Assembly (NCBI GenBank): GCA_965220745.1
Contig: CBDCQT010000010.1
Span: 480,001 to 544,000, forward strand
Direction: 5' to 3'
From: Alphaproteobacteria bacterium
GTDB taxonomy: Bacteria; Pseudomonadota; Alphaproteobacteria; UBA828
Length of the DNA stretch: 64,000 nucleotides
The translations under genes and the position numbers were made by a program. Below, piece by piece: positions 57,795-64,000 of this stretch. The notes under the pieces are model-generated. The model did not search any database, was not told where the DNA came from, and was given only the letters and a program-made list of their open reading frames with translations. Numbering within the stretch: the first letter of the stretch is position 1; every line of letters starts with the position of its first letter.

Positions 57795-58703
57795 CTAGAC
57801 GATCCCCTTGAAGAGCTTGTTACGGGCGCGCTCCAGCGAGGCGCCCATCAGGTTGATGCTGATGAGCGTGAGGATGAGGAAGACCCCGGGCATCGTCGGG
57901 ATCCACCAGCTGTTCACCAGGTACTTGTAGCCGTCGGCGATGATGTTGCCGAAGGTCGGCGTCGGCGGCTGAATACCGATTCCGAGGAAGCCGAACAGCG
58001 CCTCGAAGATCATCATGCGGGCGATGTCGAGCACAGCGACGAAGGCAATGGGCGGCAGGATGTTGGGCGAGATCATCAGCGCGGCGATCCTGAGGTCGCT
58101 CGCGCCCAGAATCTTCGCCCCCCTGACGTATTCGCGCTCGCGCTCGGCGAGCGCGATGCTTCGCACCACGCGGGCATAGATCGGCCAGCCCGCCAGCACC
58201 AGCACGGCGGTCACCGTGAAGGGGTTGGGCCGGCTCACGCTCAGGATCGTGATCGCCAGCACGATCACCGGGATCGAGAGCTGCGCGTCGGTGATGCGCA
58301 TCAGGACGATGTCGACCCAGCGGCCCCAGTAGCCGGAAATCACGCCGAGCGCGCAGCCGATGACGAACATGATCGCGACGGCGGCCGCGGCGATGCCGAG
58401 CCCGTTGCGGAGACCCACCAGCGAGCGGACGAAGAGGTCGCGGCCCAGCTGGTCGGTGCCGGCGAGATGAGCCCAGGTGCCGCCCTCCAGGAAGATGGGC
58501 GGCAGGAAGCGCTCGCGCACGCTGATCTTCATGGGATCGTAGGGCGAGAGCTCCGGCCAGATGATCGCAGCACCCACGAGCACGACGAAGACGCCGAGCC
58601 CGATCTTGAAGCTCGTCATCTCCCAGGCGAGGCGGAACATCCGCCGGGTGACGGATTCGCCCCGCCCTCGCTTTGTGCCGGTCGTGCCCGTCTCGGCGGC
58701 CAT
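57795..58703 (-). CDS. Peptide ABC permease (DppC-like)
   Basis: HLAGTDQLGRD, GA..LGAS, FLGIG..PP.P. Confidence 0.9.
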   Translation of the reverse strand: MAAETGTTGTKRGRGESVTRRMFRLAWEMTSFKIGLGVFVVLVGAAIIWPELSPYDPMKISVRERFLPPIFLEGGTWAHLAGTDQLGRDLFVRSLVGLRNGLGIAAAAVAIMFVIGCALGVISGYWGRWVDIVLMRITDAQLSIPVIVLAITILSVSRPNPFTVTAVLVLAGWPIYARVVRSIALAEREREYVRGAKILGASDLRIAALMISPNILPPIAFVAVLDIARMMIFEALFGFLGIGIQPPTPTFGNIIADGYKYLVNSWWIPTMPGVFLILTLISINLMGASLERARNKLFKGIV

Positions 58704-59722
58704 CAGAACTTGAGCCTGCGGTCGATGAAGGTGGACGCGAGGTCCACCATGATGTTGGCGAGCACGAGAATGCTCGCCGCCAGGATGGCGACGCCCTGAA
58801 TCACCGGGAAGTCACGCTGCAGCACCGCCTGCACGGTGGACCGCCCGACACCGGGATAGTCGAACACGAACTCGGTGACGAAGACGCCGCCGAGCAGCAG
58901 GCCGCCGATCTGCACGCCGAAGAGGTTCAGCATGGGAATCGACGAGTTGCGCAGCACATGGCGCACGATGATCTGCCGCCAGGGCAGCCCGCGCACGATG
59001 CCGCCGGAGACGTAGCCCGCCTGCAGCGCCTGGGCGATCGACATCGAAAGCCCGCGGATGATGATGGGTGCCAGCTCCACCGCCAGCACGATGGCCGGCA
59101 GGATGACGTAGCCGAAGCCCTTGTAGCCGATGGAGGGCAGCAGGCCCGCGCGCGCCGTGATCAGCAGGATCAGCACCAGGGCTAACCAGAAGTTTGGCAG
59201 CGATATGAAGACCGAACCTATAAAGAATGCTAATCGGTCTTGCCACTTCTCCTGATTGAGGCCGGCCGCAATTCCAAGCGGCACCGCCATCAAGAGCGTA
59301 AACAGCAAGCCCATGCCCGCCAGCATCAGCGTGTACGGCAGACCGTCGGCGATGACCTTGAGCACGCCGGCGCGGGTCATCTTGGCCTCGCGCTGCTCGG
59401 TGGCGGTGTCCTGCCCCTTGCCGCCGACGACGTTCTGCGCCGTGAGCGCGATGCCGGTCTCGCCGATGAAGTAGGATTCGCCGAAGTCGCCCTGCACCGC
59501 CTTGGCGATGTAGCGGACGAACTGCTCGGGGATCGAATCGCGCAGGCCCAGCTCCTGCGCGCGGGCCTCGACCACCGCCTGGGTGGTGGCGGGCCCCAGC
59601 ATGATCCGCACGGGATCGCCCGGAATGACCCGCAGCAACGTGAAGATCAGGAACGTCACCAGCAGCACGATGACCACGCCCTGCGCAAGGCGGCGGATCA
59701 GGAACGTGAGGACGAATGCCAT
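58703..59722 (-). CDS. Peptide ABC permease (DppB-like)
   Basis: PGDP, GDFG.S, SLPNFWL, H.LRN, RDFPVIQG. Confidence 0.9.
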   Translation of the reverse strand: MAFVLTFLIRRLAQGVVIVLLVTFLIFTLLRVIPGDPVRIMLGPATTQAVVEARAQELGLRDSIPEQFVRYIAKAVQGDFGESYFIGETGIALTAQNVVGGKGQDTATEQREAKMTRAGVLKVIADGLPYTLMLAGMGLLFTLLMAVPLGIAAGLNQEKWQDRLAFFIGSVFISLPNFWLALVLILLITARAGLLPSIGYKGFGYVILPAIVLAVELAPIIIRGLSMSIAQALQAGYVSGGIVRGLPWRQIIVRHVLRNSSIPMLNLFGVQIGGLLLGGVFVTEFVFDYPGVGRSTVQAVLQRDFPVIQGVAILAASILVLANIMVDLASTFIDRRLKF

Positions 59723-59756
59723 GCTGGGACCGTGCTACGCGGCGGGATGAAGAGAG

Positions 59757-59786
59757 GCGGGGGCTCCGCCTGCCCGGAGCCCCCGC
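59757..59786 (-). terminator. Hairpin after the SBP gene
   Basis: GCGGGGGCTCCG-N6-CGGAGCCCCCGC. Confidence 0.6.
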
Positions 59787-59796
59787 AAAGGATCGG

Positions 59797-61359
59797 TCAA
59801 GACGTGAGCGTCGCTTTGACCTTGTCCACCGGCCCGTTGGGCAGAAAGTAGATCCCCTCGATAGCCGGATGGTGGGCGTGGATCAACACCGAGGTGAAGA
59901 GCCCGAAGCTCGGCAGATGGTCGGCCAGCGCCGGCATCAGCTCGTTCTGGATCGACGCGCGCCGCGCGTCCACGTCGGTGATCGTCTGCTGCTTCTCGAT
60001 CGCCGCATCCACGGTGTCGCTGCCGCAGTTGGTCAGGATCAGGCCGTCCGAATGCCACATGGGCCTGAGCACCAGGTTGGGCTCGGGCGATCCGGTCATC
60101 CAGCCGGTATCGGCAAGCTGAGGCGCGGTCTCGTCGCGGACGAACACGCGCTCGATCCAGGAGGCGACCTCCATCACCGTGAACTCTACCGGGAAGCCCT
60201 GCTCCTGCAGCAGCGCGGTGATGACCTCGCCGTACTCCTTGGTCTTCGGATAGAAGCCTTGCGAGGTCAGGTACTCGATCGGCGGCAGGCCGTCGCCGCC
60301 GGGGTAGCCGGCCTCGGCCAGAAGCTCCTGACAGCGCTCTGGGTTGTATTCCGGCGAGTTCGGGATGGTGTCGGTGTAGCCGAACTTCGCCGAGGAGAGC
60401 TGCCCCACCGTCGGGTGCCCGGCCGGCCCCATCAGCTCGAGGATGAGGTCGCGGTCGATGGCGTGGGCCGCCGCGTGGCGCAGGCGCACGTCGTCGAACG
60501 GCGGCTCGTAGCAGCGGAAATGGAGGTACTTGTTCTCGGTCGAGACCGTGCGCGAGGTCGTGACGTCCTCCTCCAGCAGGGTCTCGTACTGCTCGGGCTC
60601 GACCCGCTCGATGATGTCGAGCTCGCCACTTATCAGGCTCACGAGGCGCGTGCTGGCGTCGGGCACGAACTGGTAGACGACCTCCTCGATCTCGGGCGTG
60701 CCGAGAATGTAGTCGGGGTTGGCGTTGAGGATTGTCGTCGGCCCGTCACGGCTGATGAACTTGTACGAGCCCGAGCCGTTGGGGAACTCGTCGATGGCCT
60801 TGGTCTCGATATCGTCCTTGGACAGGATCGGCAGGAAGCCAGCGAGGAACCAGAACAGAGAGCCCGGATAGGAGCCGCCTTCGCCGCGCACCCGGCAGGT
60901 GTAGTCGTCGACCACCTGCACCTCGGCCTGGCCGGGGTACCAGGTGCCGGACGGCCGCTCGGGGTTGGACGCGTACTCGAAGGTCGCCTTCACGTCGTGC
61001 GCGGTGAAGGGCTGGCCGCGGTGGAACTTGATGTCCTTGCGCAGCGTGTATTCGAGCCAGCCGTCCTCGACGACGTTCTGGCTCGTCGCCATCTCGTACA
61101 CGATCTCGTCGGGCTGGGCCTGCGACATCGGCGTGCGGATGAGCTGGCCGAACACGTCGTAGTCGAAATAGATCTGAGCCAGGATGGTGTGGCTGCTGGG
61201 GTCCCAACTCGACGTGAAGGGCTCCGTCTGCCCCCACACGACGCTCTTCTTCCCTTGGCCGAGCGCCTTCTTGAAGAAGGGCGCCTGGCCGCCGAACGCG
61301 GCGATCGTGCCCGCTGCGGCGGTACCCTTCAGAAAATTGCGCCGTGTGGTCTTGGTCAT
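59797..61359 (-). CDS. Peptide ABC substrate-binding protein (family 5), Tat signal
   Basis: TRRNFLK, LRK.IKFH.G.PFTA.DV, GSG.YKF, PFDDVR.R.A..AIDR. Confidence 0.9.
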   Translation of the reverse strand: MTKTTRRNFLKGTAAAGTIAAFGGQAPFFKKALGQGKKSVVWGQTEPFTSSWDPSSHTILAQIYFDYDVFGQLIRTPMSQAQPDEIVYEMATSQNVVEDGWLEYTLRKDIKFHRGQPFTAHDVKATFEYASNPERPSGTWYPGQAEVQVVDDYTCRVRGEGGSYPGSLFWFLAGFLPILSKDDIETKAIDEFPNGSGSYKFISRDGPTTILNANPDYILGTPEIEEVVYQFVPDASTRLVSLISGELDIIERVEPEQYETLLEEDVTTSRTVSTENKYLHFRCYEPPFDDVRLRHAAAHAIDRDLILELMGPAGHPTVGQLSSAKFGYTDTIPNSPEYNPERCQELLAEAGYPGGDGLPPIEYLTSQGFYPKTKEYGEVITALLQEQGFPVEFTVMEVASWIERVFVRDETAPQLADTGWMTGSPEPNLVLRPMWHSDGLILTNCGSDTVDAAIEKQQTITDVDARRASIQNELMPALADHLPSFGLFTSVLIHAHHPAIEGIYFLPNGPVDKVKATLTS

Positions 61360-61507
61360 CTGTATCTCCCCTCTGCGTCGTGCGGGTTCTTGTCGATAAG
61401 GGATGCTAATACAGCCTTGGCGGAAGTGTACAGCCCGACTATCGCCCTTGGTTGCCGGGCGCTTCCCGGCGGCGATAGGATGGCCCGGAGGCCGGCAGGA
61501 GACTGAA

Positions 61508-62563
61508 ATGGTGGTGGCGGAGGCACGTGCGAAGGCAGCGGTGACGCGGGACGATCTCGCCGCCCGTCTGGCCGTACACCCGCGCATCCGGCTCGCACAC
61601 CTGCCGACGCCGCTCGACCCCTGCCCGAGGCTCGCCGAGGCGATCGGCGCGCGCGCCCTCTACATCAAGCGGGACGACCTCACAGGATTGGCGTTCGGCG
61701 GCAACAAGACGCGCCACCTGGAGTTCACCTTCGCCGAGATCCTGAAATCGGGCGCGGACACGGTGGTGGCGGGCGCCTATACGCAGTCCAACTGGTGCCG
61801 GCAGATCACCGCGGCCGCGTGCAAGCACGGCCTCGCGGTCTCTCTGGTGCTGATCCACGGCGTCAAGGGGCCGAGGGTGCAGGGCAATCTGCTGCTCGAC
61901 CGCCTGATGGGCGCGGACGTGACCGTGGTCGACATCGACAGCATGGAGAAGATCCAGCCGTTGCTGGACGAGAAGGCCCGCGCGCTAGAGGCGGCCGGCC
62001 GAAAGCCCTTCGTGATCGCGCCCTTCGCCCTCGACCAGCAGGTGCTGGCGGCGCTCGGCTACGTCGGCACGGCCATCGAGCTCGACGCCCAGTTCGAGGA
62101 GGCCGCGATCGACCCCACCCAGGTCTTCATCTGCGGCGCCAACAACACCCCGGCGGGCCTCGTCACGGGCCTGCGCGCGCTGGGCCGCCGGGCCCGCGTA
62201 GCGGCGATCAGCCCCATCCGCTGGGAAGAGCCGAGGGAACTCGACATCGCGCGGGTCGCCACGGCGACGGCGCGCGCACTCGATCTCAACCTCGCGATCG
62301 ACCCCGCCGACTTCGTCACCGACGAAGACCATATCGGCGAGGACTACGGCGTGCTCTCGCCGGAGGCGCGCGCGGCCATCGGGCTGGTGGCCGAGACCGA
62401 GGGCATCTTCCTCGACCCCGTCTATTCCGGCAAAGCCATGGCCGGGCTGATCGATCATGTGAAGCGCGGCGCGGTCGGCGCGGACGAGACGGTGGTCTTC
62501 GTCCACACCGGCGGCATGCCGGCACTCTTCGCCTACGCCGAGGATCTGATCGATGACGGCTAA
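61508..62563 (+). CDS. PLP-dependent D-cysteine desulfhydrase / L-cysteate sulfo-lyase family
   Basis: LPTPL, KRDDLTG..GGNK, QSN, LDPVYSGKA, FVHTGG. Confidence 0.85.
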   Translation: MVVAEARAKAAVTRDDLAARLAVHPRIRLAHLPTPLDPCPRLAEAIGARALYIKRDDLTGLAFGGNKTRHLEFTFAEILKSGADTVVAGAYTQSNWCRQITAAACKHGLAVSLVLIHGVKGPRVQGNLLLDRLMGADVTVVDIDSMEKIQPLLDEKARALEAAGRKPFVIAPFALDQQVLAALGYVGTAIELDAQFEEAAIDPTQVFICGANNTPAGLVTGLRALGRRARVAAISPIRWEEPRELDIARVATATARALDLNLAIDPADFVTDEDHIGEDYGVLSPEARAAIGLVAETEGIFLDPVYSGKAMAGLIDHVKRGAVGADETVVFVHTGGMPALFAYAEDLIDDG

Positions 62564-64000
62564 GGCAAGGCCGCTGGAGCGCGCGCCCGCGATTGCCGAT
62601 GACGAGGCTCTGCGACAGCGGATCGCGGCGCTGGAGCAGGCGCTTGCCGAGGCCCGGCGCGACCGCGACGCAGGTCGCACGTCGCGGGGCCGGTTCCGCT
62701 CCCTCTTCGAGATGAGCCGGGACGGGATCGTGTTCGTCGATCTCGAAGGCCACATCGAGGAGATGAACCAGGCCTATCTCGATCTCGTCGGCTACGACCG
62801 GGATGAGATCTCCACGCACACCTATCAGGACCTCACGCCCGAGAAGTGGCGCGCCGGCGAAGCGGAGATCATCGAGACGCAGGTGATGCGGCGCGGCTTC
62901 TCGGACGAGTACGAGAAGGAGTACGTGCGCAAGGACGGCTCGATTGCGCCGATCAGCCTGCGCACCATCCTGGTACGTGACCTGGACGGCCGGCCGGTCC
63001 GCTTCATGGGCATCGTCCGCGACATCACGGAGCTGAAGGAGAAGGAGGAGGCACTCAGGGCGTCCGAAAAGCGCTACCGCAGCCTCTTCGACCTGAGCCA
63101 CGACGGCGTGGTCTTCGTCGGCCTCGACGGCCCCGTCGAAGAGGCGAACGACGCCTACCTCGATATGCTGGGCTATGAGCTCGACGAACTCATCGGCGTG
63201 ACCTATCAACAGCTCACACCGACCCGCTGGGCGGCGATGGAGGCCGAGATCGTCGACAAGCAGCTCATGTCGCGCGGCTACACCGACGAATACGAGAAGG
63301 AGTACATCCGCAAGAACGGGTCGGTCTTCCCCATCGCCGTCCGCTCTATCCTGGTGCGCGACGAGGCGGGCACGCCGGTGCGGATCATGGGGATCGTGCG
63401 CGACATCACCGAGCAGAAGCAGGCCAAGGAAGCGCTGGAGCGCCACGCGCGCGACCTCGCCCGCTCCAACGAGGAGCTTGAGCAGTTCGCCTACGTCGCC
63501 TCCCACGACCTGCAAGAGCCGTTGCGCAAGATCAGGGCCTTCGGCGCCCTGCTCGCGGAGGAGAAGCGGGAGAGCGTGGACGAGGAAGGGCGCCAATACA
63601 TCGACTTCATGACCGACGCGGCGGCCCGGATGCAGACTCTGGTCAGCGACATTCTGGCTCTCTCCCGGGTCACCACGGCGGCGCAGCCCTTCGAGGACTT
63701 GCTTCTGAACGACGTGTTCGACACCGTGCTATCGGACCTTTCCGTGTCCATCGAGGAGGCAGACGGCCAAGTGGACGTTGCCGAGGCGCCGACGATCGAG
63801 GCGGACCGCACCCAGATGGATCAACTCTTCCGCAACCTCATCGGCAATGCGCTCAAGTTCCGCAAGCCGGGCGTCGCGCCGCGAGTCACGGTGCGGATGG
63901 CGGCCGAGGCGGAGCCTCTCGCCGCGACTCCAGGGCCCGCGCACACCGTCGTCGTGTCGGACAACGGCATCGGCTTCGAACCGTCGCAGGGCAGCAAGCT
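62553..64000 (+). CDS. PAS-PAS sensor histidine kinase (3'-partial; absent from the ORF track)
   Basis: Translated from ATG 62553: two PAS/PAC repeats, H-box FAYVASHDLQEPLRK, N-box LFRNLIGNALKF, G1 VSDNGIG. Open to the window end. Confidence 0.9.
   Translation, partial: MTAKARPLERAPAIADDEALRQRIAALEQALAEARRDRDAGRTSRGRFRSLFEMSRDGIVFVDLEGHIEEMNQAYLDLVGYDRDEISTHTYQDLTPEKWRAGEAEIIETQVMRRGFSDEYEKEYVRKDGSIAPISLRTILVRDLDGRPVRFMGIVRDITELKEKEEALRASEKRYRSLFDLSHDGVVFVGLDGPVEEANDAYLDMLGYELDELIGVTYQQLTPTRWAAMEAEIVDKQLMSRGYTDEYEKEYIRKNGSVFPIAVRSILVRDEAGTPVRIMGIVRDITEQKQAKEALERHARDLARSNEELEQFAYVASHDLQEPLRKIRAFGALLAEEKRESVDEEGRQYIDFMTDAAARMQTLVSDILALSRVTTAAQPFEDLLLNDVFDTVLSDLSVSIEEADGQVDVAEAPTIEADRTQMDQLFRNLIGNALKFRKPGVAPRVTVRMAAEAEPLAATPGPAHTVVVSDNGIGFEPSQGSK

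Noticed and set aside
61508-62563. ACC deaminase (acdS)
   Set aside because: It has PVYSGK rather than the diagnostic PVYEGK.
5259-63596. Many long antisense or alternate-frame ORFs (e.g. 5259-6680+, 8608-10344+, 12502-14142-, 25257-27716-, 59716-61506+, 62316-63596-)
   Set aside because: They shadow well-supported genes, as expected from high GC3 and stop-codon scarcity, and show no recognisable motifs.
1-64000. CRISPR array, rRNA or intact prophage
   Set aside because: No regularly spaced repeats, cas genes, rRNA-like sequence or phage structural genes were seen.

Overview
High-GC bacterial chromosomal window. The core genes (rpoZ-rsh, gltA, rarA-crcB-rluC-ATP12, cobT/S/C, soxYZ) look alphaproteobacterial. 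The IS1595 type and the Cache-autotransporter suggest a host-associated marine lineage such as a sponge symbiont (inference). In order, the window contains: (i) an IS1595-family element with passenger genes, whose right end appears to truncate a Cache-like/autotransporter gene; (ii) about 17 kb of amine catabolism: an atypical FAD oxidoreductase-glutamine synthetase-like-glxBCD operon, a GntR regulator, a PotD-type ABC importer, a MetR-like LysR, a non-pyrrolysine MttB methyltransferase and a two-subunit N,N-dimethylformamidase homologue; (iii) housekeeping genes; (iv) a 1-kb att-flanked mini-island at tRNA-Glu; (v) a partial sox cluster (yeeE, soxF, soxE, soxZ, soxY); (vi) the most unusual element, a small module where an unknown protein gene diverges from a promoter-driven structured RNA (short ORF plus predicted H-type pseudoknot) ending in a serine-scaffold tRNA with an 8-nt CCUUAAAA anticodon loop; (vii) tRNA-Arg followed by a decayed accessory region (sauS-like and dnaB fragments, LacI, BVMO, orphan SBP); (viii) GGT, ABC-F, a peptide ABC importer, a PLP desulfhydrase and a PAS-PAS histidine kinase running off the end. 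Product calls come from motif recognition only; no database searches were run.
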